Shown here: piece after piece, positions 18,494 through 27,829 of the stretch
How positions within the stretch are numbered: the stretch's first letter is position 1
Layout: every line of letters starts with the position of its first letter
Assembly: GCA_964450265.1 (NCBI GenBank)
Contig: CAYVCY010000001.1
Span: forward strand, 1-52,357
Direction: 5' to 3'
DNA length: 52,357 nucleotides
Source of the DNA: an uncultured Clostridia bacterium
GTDB lineage: Bacteria; Bacillota; UBA994; UBA5500
Notes under the pieces: generated by a model
Told to the model about the DNA's origin: nothing
The model's input: the letters and a program-made list of their open reading frames with translations, nothing else
Databases searched by the model: none
Program-made: the position numbers and the translations under genes

Positions 18494-18562
18494 GTGGGAT
18501 AGTGGGGACAGGTACTCTGTACGGGTTCCGAAGAACAGTACAGTAATGCCAGTTCCCCGGTT
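18494..18562 (+). repeat. Second copy of the family-3 repeat (GTGGGATAGTGGGGACAGGTACTCTGTACGGGTTCCGAAGAACAGTACAG..)
   Basis: It aligns over ~50 nt with the reverse complement of 12380-12434 (GTGGGACAGTGGGACAGGTACTCTGTCCCGTTCCGAAGAGCGGTACAG). It lies in the dgkA to DUF881-gene intergenic region. Confidence 0.5.
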
Positions 18563-18583
18563 CCACGAGAGGATTGGGGGGGA

Positions 18584-19642
18584 GTGCACTTGCGCAAGAC
18601 GGTGACCGAACGGCGGACAGGAAACCAAACGCTATTGCTGGTTTTATTAGTCCTGCTAATAGCGAGCAATACGTTGGTATTAGGCCGCTCTTTGAACCTG
18701 TTTCGCTTGCCAGGGGAGATCAACCAACTGGATACCGCAAAACAGGGGGCGTTAGCTTTGGTCAGCCAAATCGAACGATCGGCCGTCGATCAAGGCTTGG
18801 CATCGCTGCCCACGGTGCTAGATTTGATTGCCCGCTTTCAGTACGATGTGGCCAGAGCACGTACTCTGGATGAACTGGCCCAAGTACTGATGAAGGGAGG
18901 CTCCGAGGCTAAGGAGATCCTGAACATGGAGCAAGATGGCAAGCGGCGCACACTGTTGGAGACAATAGTCAATGCCGATCCCGGTATCCCGCAGGTCGAT
19001 GGTAAGTTCAACATCTCTATCAGTTACGACGAAGCCTCTGGCTTGATCATCGTCGACGAGGCTGGAGTGTTAGGTGAAACTACCGTGGAAGCCCTCCAGG
19101 CCAATTCCTTGTTCAATACGCCCTTTGAGGCTATCGTAGTCGAGGTGAGCAATGGCAAGGCCAGGGTGGTTAACTACCGTACTTTGTATGATAATGTGCA
19201 GCTGCTGCAACGGGAGGTGCAGGCGCTGCAGGCGGAACTACATCAGGTCCATCAGTTGTCTGGTCTTCGGTCTCTCAGCGGATCCGGGGTGGTGGTAGAG
19301 GTGTTTGATGCCCCTGGCGGTTATACTAATGATTACATCGTACATGATGCTGATATTCGAGATATTGTCAACGAACTGTATTCGGCCGGTGCTGTCGGTG
19401 TTTCAGTGGGTGGGGTCAGACTTACAGCCAACTGGTCGATACGTTGCGCCGGAGCGGTTGTTCTAGTCAACCAACAGCAGATCGAGGTTAACCCGGTGGT
19501 GATCGCAGCCGTGGGTAACCCTAACGTGCTGCGCAGCAGTCTGGACTTGATTGCTAACACCTACAAGGCAGTGCGCGGGATTGAGATGACTGTGGAGCCA
19601 TATGATGACTTGGAGCTGCCTGCCAGCAAGAAGACGCCATAA
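18584..19642 (+). CDS. DUF881-domain membrane protein (YlxW/YlxX-like) with an extended N-terminal region
   Basis: The C-terminal half (GSGVVVEVFDAPGG..IVHDADIRDIVNELYSAGAVGVSVGG.RL...SIRCAG..VLVN.Q.I..P.VI.A.G) matches my recollection of DUF881. There is an N-terminal TM segment plus a ~200-aa region with a coiled-coil stretch. The start could instead be TTG 18590. Confidence 0.75.
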   Translation: MHLRKTVTERRTGNQTLLLVLLVLLIASNTLVLGRSLNLFRLPGEINQLDTAKQGALALVSQIERSAVDQGLASLPTVLDLIARFQYDVARARTLDELAQVLMKGGSEAKEILNMEQDGKRRTLLETIVNADPGIPQVDGKFNISISYDEASGLIIVDEAGVLGETTVEALQANSLFNTPFEAIVVEVSNGKARVVNYRTLYDNVQLLQREVQALQAELHQVHQLSGLRSLSGSGVVVEVFDAPGGYTNDYIVHDADIRDIVNELYSAGAVGVSVGGVRLTANWSIRCAGAVVLVNQQQIEVNPVVIAAVGNPNVLRSSLDLIANTYKAVRGIEMTVEPYDDLELPASKKTP

Positions 19643-19657
19643 TTAGGGCAAAAGCAA

Positions 19658-19726
19658 CAATCACTAAGGCGAATCTTTCGACAGAAAGATTCGCCATAAC
19701 GGCAACATCTGGGGTGTTGCTGGTAG
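19658..19726 (+). repeat. Family-1 composite hairpin repeat (one unit plus terminal hairpin) immediately upstream of the cdd RBS
   Basis: CAATCACTAAGGCGAATCTTTCGACAGAAAGATTCGCC-ataacg-GCAACATCTGGGGTGTTGC-tggtag. The GAATCTTTC/GAAAGATTC arms are perfectly complementary. Confidence 0.6.
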
Positions 19727-19745
19727 GCACTAGGAGGTGCAGTGG

Positions 19746-20156
19746 ATGAATGAAGAAGCCATAATTCAGGCGGCAACTGCAGCCAGAGAGAGGGCATATG
19801 CTCCTTATTCCAATTATCAGGTAGGGGCAGCGGTGCTGGCTGCTTCTGGACGCATCTATAGCGGCTGCAACGTGGAGAACGCATCCTATGGGTTGAGTAT
19901 CTGCGCCGAAAGGGTGGCTATCTCCTGTGCTGTCGCAGCTGGAGAGCGTAGTTTTCGTGCTCTGGCGATTGCTGGAGGAGGCGAGCTGCCAGCCATGCCT
20001 TGCGGTGCCTGTCGACAGTTCATCGCTGAATGGGGTGACGCTAGCCTGCCTGTGTTCATCGTCTCGAGCCAAGGTCAGCGGCTGGATTTGACTTTCGGAG
20101 AGCTATTTCCGCATCCCTTTGGCCCACAGTCGCTTGAGGAGGGTAATCGGTTATGA
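19746..20156 (+). CDS. cdd: Cytidine deaminase
   Basis: Has zinc ligand motifs CAERVAI and PCGACRQ, plus SNYQVGAAV. The ATG at 19746 lies 8 nt after AGGAGG; the track start at 19737 overlaps the RBS. Confidence 0.9.
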   Translation: MNEEAIIQAATAARERAYAPYSNYQVGAAVLAASGRIYSGCNVENASYGLSICAERVAISCAVAAGERSFRALAIAGGGELPAMPCGACRQFIAEWGDASLPVFIVSSQGQRLDLTFGELFPHPFGPQSLEEGNRL

Positions 20157-21064
20157 GCTATAGATCGGGTTTTGTGACCGTAATCGGCCGTCCTAACGTC
20201 GGGAAGTCAACGCTGCTGAACGCTCTGCTGGGAGAGAAAGTGCTGATTGTCAGCGATAAGCCTCAAACCACCCGAAATCGTATTCACTGCATTCTCACCG
20301 GTGATGATTATCAGGTGGTGTTCATCGATACTCCTGGCATCCATAAGCCTAAGTCGCTGCTGGGAGAGGGCATGGTCAGGATAGCGATGGACACGCTGCA
20401 GGAAGTGGACTTGATTCTCTTCATGGTAGAGGCCGAAGATCTGCCGGGGCCAGGCGATCGATTTGTGGCCGAGAGCCTGCGGTCAGTGAAGACCCCCATT
20501 CTGCTGGTGATCAACAAGGTGGATTTGGTGCAGGGACAGCAGTTGGTGAAACTGGAGACGGCGTGGCAGGAGTTGCTGCCGCAGGCGTCTGGCGTGATTC
20601 ATGTTTCCGCACTTACCGGCTATAATCTTGAATACCTGCGCCAGCAGGCGGTGCAACGGATGCCAGAGGGTCCCCAGTACTATCCAGAGGACATGGTTGT
20701 CGATCAGCCGGAACGTTTTATCGTGGCCGAGCTGGTCAGGGAGAAGATTTTGCAGCTCACCCATGACGAGGTTCCCCATGCGGTAGCGGTTGTGGTGGAG
20801 GAGATGCGGGAGCGGGACGATCATCTGGTCTATGTGCGGGCTACCGTCTATGTGGAACGGGAGTCGCAAAAAGGCATTATCGTCGGCAAGGGTGGTGCCA
20901 TGCTCCGGGCGGTGGGCGAAGCTGCCCGCACTGATATCGAAAAGCTGCTTGGCTCGCGTATCTACCTGGACTTGTGGGTGAAGACGCGCAAGGACTGGCG
21001 CAATCAGCTACAAGGGCTGCGTCAGGTGGGGTATGAAGAGTTTGGTCGGAAGGGGAGGAGATGA
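20153..21064 (+). CDS. era: GTPase Era
   Basis: Has G1 (GRPNVGKST), G3 (DTPG) and G4 (NKVD) motifs and a C-terminal KH domain. An ATGA overlap joins it to cdd. Confidence 0.95.
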   Translation: MSYRSGFVTVIGRPNVGKSTLLNALLGEKVLIVSDKPQTTRNRIHCILTGDDYQVVFIDTPGIHKPKSLLGEGMVRIAMDTLQEVDLILFMVEAEDLPGPGDRFVAESLRSVKTPILLVINKVDLVQGQQLVKLETAWQELLPQASGVIHVSALTGYNLEYLRQQAVQRMPEGPQYYPEDMVVDQPERFIVAELVREKILQLTHDEVPHAVAVVVEEMRERDDHLVYVRATVYVERESQKGIIVGKGGAMLRAVGEAARTDIEKLLGSRIYLDLWVKTRKDWRNQLQGLRQVGYEEFGRKGRR

Positions 21065-21717
21065 TCAGCATGAAGGGGCAGGAACTGGCCGCGATGATCG
21101 ACCACACATTACTGAAACCTACTGCCACACCGGAACAGATAGAGCAGTTGTGTCGCGAAGGAAATGAGCATCATTTTGCCAGCGTCTGTGTCAACGGGAG
21201 CAATGTCACTCTGGCGGCGAGGTTGAGCGAAATCCCGGTCGCTGCGGTCGTGGGCTTCCCGCTGGGCGCCATGAGCACGTCCATCAAGGCAGCAGAAGCG
21301 GCCCAGGCGGTCGCCGACGGTGCCAAGGAGATAGACATGGTGCAAAACATAGGATGTGCTAAGGCCGGGCTGTGGTCGCAGGTGGAGGAAGATATTCGTC
21401 AAGTGGTGGCAGCGGCGCAAGGTGCAATTGTAAAGGTGATCATCGAGACCGCGTTGCTGACGGACGATGAGAAGCGGCAGTCTTGTCTGGCAGCGGTAAG
21501 TGCTGGCGCTCATTTTGTGAAGACCTCAACCGGCTTCTCCACTGCGGGAGCTACAGTAGCAGATGTGCGTCTGATGCGGTCTGTGGTGGGTGAGTCACTG
21601 GGGGTCAAGGCCGCCGGTGGAATCTCCGACTTGCAGACGGCACAGCGGATGATTGCGGCCGGTGCCAACCGTTTGGGCGCTAGTGCCGGCATCAAGATCA
21701 TTGCCCCGCTGCTATAG
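21061..21717 (+). CDS. deoC: Deoxyribose-phosphate aldolase
   Basis: Contains [11 protein letters not shown], the active-site Lys context FVKTSTGF and KAAGGI. Its start overlaps the era stop. Confidence 0.9.
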   Translation: MISMKGQELAAMIDHTLLKPTATPEQIEQLCREGNEHHFASVCVNGSNVTLAARLSEIPVAAVVGFPLGAMSTSIKAAEAAQAVADGAKEIDMVQNIGCAKAGLWSQVEEDIRQVVAAAQGAIVKVIIETALLTDDEKRQSCLAAVSAGAHFVKTSTGFSTAGATVADVRLMRSVVGESLGVKAAGGISDLQTAQRMIAAGANRLGASAGIKIIAPLL

Positions 21718-21726
21718 CTGGGAGGG

Positions 21727-22488
21727 ATGCCGGTGGCTCAGGCGAATGTAAGCGGCATCGTGCTGCATTGTTATGACTTAGGCGAAAAGGATCGCATCAT
21801 CGTGCTGCTGACGGCCGAGATGGGCAAGATCAGAGTAGTAGCCAAAGGGGCGAAGCGCCCTGGGGGACGGTTCACTGCCGTGGCCAGTCCCTTTACAGAA
21901 ATTGCAGCCAGCGTTCACCTGGGACGCAATCTGCATACGCTGAATCAGGCTCAAATCAACACCAGCCATCGCCGGCTGAGGGAACAGTTGGACCGGATGG
22001 CCATCGGTCTGTTCATGACCGAATTGGTGGATTCTGCTACCGTGGATGGTCCCGGTCAATCGGAGTTCTTGAGTTTGCTCGGCCAGAGTCTGCAGCAATT
22101 GGAGATTGCTTCGCAGCCGGAGTTGGTCCTCTGTCGATTTCTCTTGCAGTTGCTGCACCTGTCAGGGTTGGCACCGAGCAGAGACACTTGCAGCGTCTGC
22201 CAGTCACAGGAACACCCCCTGGTCGCGCTGGATGCTGCCGCCGGCGGTTTGGTCTGCAGGCGATGTGCAGGTAAAGCAGGATCTTTTGCGTTGACTGGTG
22301 AGGCTATCGCTCTGTTCAATCTACTGTCATGGACGCTCTGGGAGGAGGACCAGCCTGACCCTGTGCAAGCCAAATCCACAATTCTGTTGTCCTTATGTCG
22401 CGCACTGGAGCAGTTCACCTTCTACCAGTTGGATGCAAGGCCCAAGTCATATCGATTCCTCAATGACATGCGGGGGGCTGGCCACTAG
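21727..22488 (+). CDS. recO: DNA repair protein RecO
   Basis: Has an N-terminal OB fold (GIVLHCYDLGEKDRIIVLLT.E.GKIRVVAKGAKR) and a C-terminal Zn motif (CSVC...CRRC). The position after era is conserved. The start could instead be GTG 21733. Confidence 0.9.
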   Translation: MPVAQANVSGIVLHCYDLGEKDRIIVLLTAEMGKIRVVAKGAKRPGGRFTAVASPFTEIAASVHLGRNLHTLNQAQINTSHRRLREQLDRMAIGLFMTELVDSATVDGPGQSEFLSLLGQSLQQLEIASQPELVLCRFLLQLLHLSGLAPSRDTCSVCQSQEHPLVALDAAAGGLVCRRCAGKAGSFALTGEAIALFNLLSWTLWEEDQPDPVQAKSTILLSLCRALEQFTFYQLDARPKSYRFLNDMRGAGH

Positions 22489-22545
22489 ACGTTTAGATGT
22501 TGTTTTGGGCCGTTGGGTGGAAATATCTTGATTGGAGGTTTTGTG

Positions 22546-22962
22546 ATGCCAACTCTGGAACAAATCGATCTGTTGCGCGAACGAACCGGGGTGAGCTACC
22601 GAGAGGCAAAAGAAGCTTTGGAACATTGCGGGGACGATGTAGTGGATGCGATCATCTATCTGGAGGAACAGAAATCCTCCAGCACCTGGAGGGAGCATGC
22701 TCAGCTCCGCGGCAGCGAATTGGTGGATGCGGTGAAAAAGGTGATCCAAGAGGGCAATGTGCGCCGTATCCGCGTGCTGCATAACGATCAGGTGTTGATT
22801 GAGTTTCCGGTGACTGCCGGTGCCCTAGGGACACTGTTGGCACCTAAGCTGGCAGCCGTCGGTGTGATCGCCGCTTTGATCACCCGGTGTACGGTGGAAA
22901 TTGAAAGGGTGACAGACGAACAACCAGCGGAAGACTCCGTGCCCTCTGACCCGATCGAATAG
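22546..22962 (+). CDS. UBA/EF-Ts-N-like domain plus DUF4342-domain protein
   Basis: The N-terminus MPTLEQIDLLRERTGVSYREAKEALEHCGDDVVDAIIYLEE resembles the EF-Ts N-terminal/UBA fold. The C-terminus EGNVRRIRV..G.LLAP.LAAVG.IAAL...C.VE.ER resembles DUF4342, from memory. Confidence 0.7.
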   Translation: MPTLEQIDLLRERTGVSYREAKEALEHCGDDVVDAIIYLEEQKSSSTWREHAQLRGSELVDAVKKVIQEGNVRRIRVLHNDQVLIEFPVTAGALGTLLAPKLAAVGVIAALITRCTVEIERVTDEQPAEDSVPSDPIE

Positions 22963-22966
22963 CCAA

Positions 22967-22996
22967 GGGCCTGCCCCGGCAGGCCCCTTTGTTTGC
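22967..22996 (+). terminator. Rho-independent terminator
   Basis: GGGCCTGCC-ccg-GGCAGGCCC is followed by CTTTGTTTG, immediately after the stop of the DUF4342 gene. Confidence 0.65.
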
Positions 22997-23069
22997 CTAA
23001 GCAGGAAGTGTGGCGGCAGATGGTGTATATACTCAATTGCAGAACAACATACCCTATTGTTCGAAGGGG

Positions 23070-23711
23070 GTGAAGCAGATCGAACTCAGTCCGCGTCAGA
23101 AGCAGATTCTTGAGTTAGCGAAGGACGGAGGGCCAATCACCGGCGAAGAGCTGGCCAATCATCTCAATGTGACTAGGGCTGCACTACGACCAGATCTTGC
23201 GATTCTCACTATGGCCGGATTGCTGACTGCTCGGCCGCGAGTGGGTTACACCTATTCAGGCAGAAGTAGCAGCTTCTTCGCCGCAGAGCGACTGAGACAG
23301 ACGAAGGTGAGAGAGATTTACGCGCTCCCGGTGGTGGTCAGCGAGGATCTAGCCATTTACGATGCCATCGTCAGCATGTTCCTGGAAGACGTGGGAACAC
23401 TGTTCGTGGTCGACGGGCAGGGTTGGCTAGCGGGGGTGGTCTCGCGGAGCGATCTGCTCAAACATAGCATGGGCAACCTTGCCCTGGAAAGAGTGCCTGT
23501 GGGAGTGGTGATGACCCGGCTGGCAAATGTGGTCTATGTCACTGTGGATGAGACCGCTCTGCAGGCGGCCCGTAAGCTGATCAGCCATCGGGTGACTACC
23601 TTGCCTGTGGTTAAATCGGCTAGCTCCGAAGGGAAGATGGAAGTGGTTGGGGCTGTCTCCCTACGGACTATCACCGGTCTATTTGTGGAAATCGGTGTGG
23701 GACACGAATAA
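23070..23711 (+). CDS. ccpN: CcpN-type transcriptional repressor (HTH plus tandem CBS domains)
   Basis: LSPRQKQILELAKDGGPITGEELANHLNVTRAALRPDLAILTMAGLLTARPRVGYTY closely parallels the B. subtilis CcpN N-terminus, and CBS domains follow. It lies upstream of the PPDK-regulator gene, as in Bacillus. The start is uncertain (GTG 23070 by homology, or GTG 23010 per the track). Confidence 0.8.
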   Translation: MKQIELSPRQKQILELAKDGGPITGEELANHLNVTRAALRPDLAILTMAGLLTARPRVGYTYSGRSSSFFAAERLRQTKVREIYALPVVVSEDLAIYDAIVSMFLEDVGTLFVVDGQGWLAGVVSRSDLLKHSMGNLALERVPVGVVMTRLANVVYVTVDETALQAARKLISHRVTTLPVVKSASSEGKMEVVGAVSLRTITGLFVEIGVGHE

Positions 23712-23740
23712 ACTTAAACACTCGCTGGGGAGGGTGAATT

Positions 23741-24550
23741 GTGGAATCAATTGTATTTGTAGTTTCAGACTCATTAGGCGAGACCGCCGATCGCGTGGCT
23801 AGAGCAGCGGCCAGTCAGTTCTTGGAGCAATCCTTTGATATGCGGCGTATTCCCTATGTGTCCGCTAAGGAGATGGTGGACCAGATTGTCGCCCAGGCCA
23901 GCCAACACGCCGCACTGATCGTACACACACTGGTTTCACCCGAGCTGCGCGATTACATCAACATGCAGGCTGCTATCCATCAGGTGCCTTGTGTGGATAT
24001 CATGGGCCCGATGCTGGGTGCGTTTTGCCAGGTGACCAATGATACTCCTAGGCTGCTGCCTGGGTTAGTGCACCAGTTGGATGAAGAGTATTTTCGAGAA
24101 ATAGAGGCGGTGGAGTTCGCCGTCAAGTACGATGACGGCAAAGATCCCCGTGGCTTGCTGAAGGCTGACGTAGTGCTGATCGGAGTATCGCGCACCTCTA
24201 AGACCCCTCTGAGCATGTATCTGGCCCATCGCGGCCACCGTGTGGCCAATGTGCCTCTGGTACCGGAAGTGAATCCGCCTGAGGAGATCTTCATGCTACC
24301 TCCCGAACGGGTGATTGGCTTAACCATCAGCGCTCAGCAGCTAAAGCAGATTAGGCAGGAGAGGCTAAAGGTGCTCGGCCTCCAACCCAGTGCCAACTAT
24401 GCCAGCGACGAACGAATCCATGAGGAGCTGGAACATGGTCGCCGGATTATGGAAAGGGTCGGCTGCATGGTCATCGATGTCACTAAGCGCGCCGTAGAAG
24501 AGACAGCAAGTCAGGTGATGGAGATGCTGGCTAGGCGGGATCGCGACTAA
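23741..24550 (+). CDS. yqfL: Pyruvate, phosphate dikinase regulatory protein (PDRP/YqfL, DUF299 kinase/phosphotransferase)
   Basis: Begins VFVVSDSLGETA and has the P-loop GVSRTSKTPLSMYLA. It is 269 aa and pairs with ccpN. Confidence 0.9.
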   Translation: MESIVFVVSDSLGETADRVARAAASQFLEQSFDMRRIPYVSAKEMVDQIVAQASQHAALIVHTLVSPELRDYINMQAAIHQVPCVDIMGPMLGAFCQVTNDTPRLLPGLVHQLDEEYFREIEAVEFAVKYDDGKDPRGLLKADVVLIGVSRTSKTPLSMYLAHRGHRVANVPLVPEVNPPEEIFMLPPERVIGLTISAQQLKQIRQERLKVLGLQPSANYASDERIHEELEHGRRIMERVGCMVIDVTKRAVEETASQVMEMLARRDRD

Positions 24551-24573
24551 AGGGGCGGAAACGCCCCTTTCTG
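24551..24573 (+). terminator. Rho-independent terminator after yqfL
   Basis: AGGGGCG-gaaa-CGCCCCT is followed by TTCTGT and starts 1 nt after the stop codon. Confidence 0.55.
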
Positions 24574-24712
24574 TATGTCCTCTCTGCGCAGTATTGGGTA
24601 TTATGCCTCCCAATGGCGATCAGCAAAAGAAATGCCGTGGCCAGGCAGGTAGGAAGCCTTCCAAGGAAGAAAACAACAGTTAGGGAACTGTTTGAATAAA
24701 GGAGGGCGAAAG

Positions 24713-25735
24713 GTGATCATTAGGCAGGCTACTGAGGAGAGGGAGAGGATTTGGCTTTCTCCCTATGCAGCGAAGGCATCATCCAGTCTGGGCAGGCAAT
24801 GGCCTGAAGAAGAATGCGCTGTGCGTACGGCGTGGCAACGGGATCGGGATCGTATCCTGCATTCCAAAGCCTTTCGCCGTCTCAAAGATAAGACCCAGGT
24901 ATTCATTCGCCCGGAAGGCGATCACTATCGTACCCGACTGACCCATACGTTAGAGGTAGCTCAAATAGCACGCACCATTGCCCGCGGGTTACAGTTGAAC
25001 GAAGATCTGACCGAAGCTATCTCCTTAGGTCACGACTTGGGGCATACCCCCTTTGGCCATGCGGGAGAACATGCTTTAGATGGATTGCTCCACGGAGGCT
25101 TTCGTCACAATGAGCAATCGCTGCGTGTGGTGGATTATCTGGAAAATGAGCGAGGACTGAACCTAACAGAGGAAGTGCGCGACGGAATCCTCTGCCACAC
25201 GGGGCCCCGCCAGCCTGCCACTCTGGAGGGGGCTGTGGTGCGGTTGTCAGACCGCATCGCTTATATCAATCACGACCTGGACGATGCATTGCGAGCGGGA
25301 TTGCCCCAGATGGAGCAACTGCCCGAGCGTTGCCTGCGAACGTTAGGACACGCCCATAGCCAGCGCATACATCGTATGGTCATGAACGTAATTGTCAGTA
25401 GCCAAGGCAAGGATCGGATCATCATGTCTCCTGAGATTGCCGAAGCTATGGATGAGCTGCGAGACTGGTTGTTTGCCAATGTCTACATCGGTTCGGAGGC
25501 CAAGCGGGACGAGAACAAGGCGGTGCAAGTGATCGAGATGCTGTTTCACCGTTTCTGTCAGCAGGTGCATTTGTTGCCTGTGCCCTATCAACGCAGCCTT
25601 GAGCGCAACGGCGTCCAGCGCGCTGTGGCAGACTACATCGCCGGGATGACTGATCGCTTTATTATCGGGCAGTTCGAACAAATGTTTATACCTGCTGGGT
25701 GGAATAGCGAAATCAGGCAGGAAAAAGCCTTCTGA
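24713..25735 (+). CDS. dGTPase-like HD-domain triphosphohydrolase
   Basis: Contains RDRDRILHSKAFRRLKDKTQV..HYRTRLTHTLEVAQIAR..GHDLGHTPFGH..DRIAYINHDLDD. The GTG at 24713 lies 7 nt after AAGGAGG. A position just before dnaG is common in Firmicutes. Confidence 0.85.
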   Translation: MIIRQATEERERIWLSPYAAKASSSLGRQWPEEECAVRTAWQRDRDRILHSKAFRRLKDKTQVFIRPEGDHYRTRLTHTLEVAQIARTIARGLQLNEDLTEAISLGHDLGHTPFGHAGEHALDGLLHGGFRHNEQSLRVVDYLENERGLNLTEEVRDGILCHTGPRQPATLEGAVVRLSDRIAYINHDLDDALRAGLPQMEQLPERCLRTLGHAHSQRIHRMVMNVIVSSQGKDRIIMSPEIAEAMDELRDWLFANVYIGSEAKRDENKAVQVIEMLFHRFCQQVHLLPVPYQRSLERNGVQRAVADYIAGMTDRFIIGQFEQMFIPAGWNSEIRQEKAF

Positions 25736-25971
25736 TGACGAAAACTCAACACTAATAACACTTTGAGGATCCTGTGCTGGCTGTGCTTCCCAGGCTCAAG
25801 CAGCATTCTGTCATCGATAGGCAGGAAAACCTCGCTTGGTGAAGAATAATATCACACCGGCTATTCGACAAGATCTGCGGGCTGCTATGGGGAAGAGAGT
25901 TTCTTAACCCAGGTTTGCTGTTTTGATTGTCACTTTGTCGGGATCACAAGTATAAAGACTGGAGAGGGGTT

Positions 25972-27807
25972 ATGCGCGCACAGTTTTCTGAGGAGTTTAT
26001 CGAGCGCGTTCGGCAAGCCAGCGACATTTCTGAAGTAATCGGTAGGCATGTTCAACTGCAACGCAAGGGCCAGAACCTATGGGGCTTGTGCCCCTTTCAC
26101 TCAGAGAAGACTCCCTCGTTCAGTGTCAGTCCCTCAAAGCAGATGTACTACTGCTTTGGCTGCCATGCCCACGGCACCATTTTCAATTTTGTGATGGAGA
26201 CCGAAAAACTGTCCTTTCCAGAGGCGGTGCGGGCACTGGCGGAGCGCGCCAATATTCCTATCGATGAAGATATCGTTGTTTCACCGGAGGCAAAAGAACG
26301 CCAGAGACACCAGAAGTTACTCTATCGAGTTAGTCAATGGGCAGCCGATATCTATCATGAACAGCTGCTCAGAGCCCCAGAAGCAGCGATAGCCCGTAGC
26401 TACTGGCGGCGACGCGGATTCTCTGACGACTTAATTACGGCTGCCCGCCTGGGATATGCTCTGCCGGATTGGTCCGGGCTGATCAGGGCGGCTGAAAGCA
26501 GCAAGGTGCCGCTGGATGCCCTGGCAAGACTCGGCTTAGCAGTTCCCAGACAGCAGAACCAGGGGTATTACGATCGATTCCGGGGACGGGTGATCATTCC
26601 GATCGCTGATCAACGGGGCCGGGTGGTAGCTTTTGGGGGCAGGGTGCTGGATGATAGCCACCCCAAGTATCTTAACTCGCCAGAGCACCAGTTGTTTAGC
26701 AAGGGCAAGATATTGTACGGGCTGTACAGCGCTAATCGGTCAATCACTCAACTCGGCCAGGCGGTATTGATGGAAGGCTATATGGATTGTTTGGCGGCTT
26801 GGCAAAATGGAATCTCCAATGCCGTCGCTTCACTCGGAACCGCCTTCACCCCGATGCAGGCCAGATTGCTGGGCCGCTATACAAAGCAGGTAGTCATCTG
26901 CTATGACGGGGACGAAGCCGGATTGCAGGCAGCCTTGAGGGCTGGGGACATCCTGCAGCAGGCCGCGCTGGAAGTACGGGTGGCAGTCCTGGCGGCGAAC
27001 GAGGATCCGGACGATTGTCTGCGCAAGCGGGGAAGCGATTACTTTCGTCAGCAGGTGTTGGGTCAGGCAAGCAGTTTTTTTGACTTTAAGCTGGACATGC
27101 TCCGCAAGCAGTTCGACCTGCAGGACATCAATGGCAAAGCAAAGTTTGTAGTTAGGGCCACGGCTGAGTTGGCCAAGCTGGAAAATGCGGTGCTGAAGAG
27201 CAGCTATGCCGAGCGCATCGCCCACGAATTGCAGGTATCTGCCGATGCGGTGCTGATTGAACTGGCCAAACATGAGCAGAATCCAAAGGCTAACCCTCGG
27301 AATAGGAATGGTAATAGCAGGAATACTAATGAAAGTCCGGTGGGTAGTGGAGAGGTAGCAGCAGACCCTATCGCCAGAGGTTGTTTGGTCGCCGAAAACA
27401 CGCTTTTGGGGTTGTTGCTGCAAAACCTGGTCGGCGCGGAGGAGATCCTGCTGGCCTGGCAGGCGGAAGACATCTATGCACACCCAGCCGATAGGCAGTT
27501 GGTTTCCTTGATGTTGCAGCAGATTCAAAGTGGCCGGGCTATAGAAGTCGGACGCCTGATGGAACAGATTACTGATAGCGCCGCAAGCCAACGATTGGCA
27601 GAAATTGCCTTGGTGGAGGATCAAACAATCGCCCCTGCCGAGGTCGTTGCCCGAGACTGTCTGCAGAAACTGAAGCTGATGGCCGTTAGGCAGGCTATTG
27701 CCCGTGTTCAGGGCCAACTGGTCGCTGCGAAAGATGTAGAAGAACGTCGGCGACTATTGCAGCAACTGCAGTTACTTATAGAGAAGCAAAAGGTTTTGCG
27801 GCACTGA
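25972..27807 (+). CDS. dnaG: DNA primase DnaG
   Basis: Has a zinc finger ([23 protein letters not shown]), the RNA polymerase core and TOPRIM (EGYMD..YDGDEAG). I prefer the ATG at 25972 over the track start at 25927. Confidence 0.95.
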   Translation: MRAQFSEEFIERVRQASDISEVIGRHVQLQRKGQNLWGLCPFHSEKTPSFSVSPSKQMYYCFGCHAHGTIFNFVMETEKLSFPEAVRALAERANIPIDEDIVVSPEAKERQRHQKLLYRVSQWAADIYHEQLLRAPEAAIARSYWRRRGFSDDLITAARLGYALPDWSGLIRAAESSKVPLDALARLGLAVPRQQNQGYYDRFRGRVIIPIADQRGRVVAFGGRVLDDSHPKYLNSPEHQLFSKGKILYGLYSANRSITQLGQAVLMEGYMDCLAAWQNGISNAVASLGTAFTPMQARLLGRYTKQVVICYDGDEAGLQAALRAGDILQQAALEVRVAVLAANEDPDDCLRKRGSDYFRQQVLGQASSFFDFKLDMLRKQFDLQDINGKAKFVVRATAELAKLENAVLKSSYAERIAHELQVSADAVLIELAKHEQNPKANPRNRNGNSRNTNESPVGSGEVAADPIARGCLVAENTLLGLLLQNLVGAEEILLAWQAEDIYAHPADRQLVSLMLQQIQSGRAIEVGRLMEQITDSAASQRLAEIALVEDQTIAPAEVVARDCLQKLKLMAVRQAIARVQGQLVAAKDVEERRRLLQQLQLLIEKQKVLRH

Positions 27808-27829
27808 TCGTGCTAGAGGGGGGTTTTCC

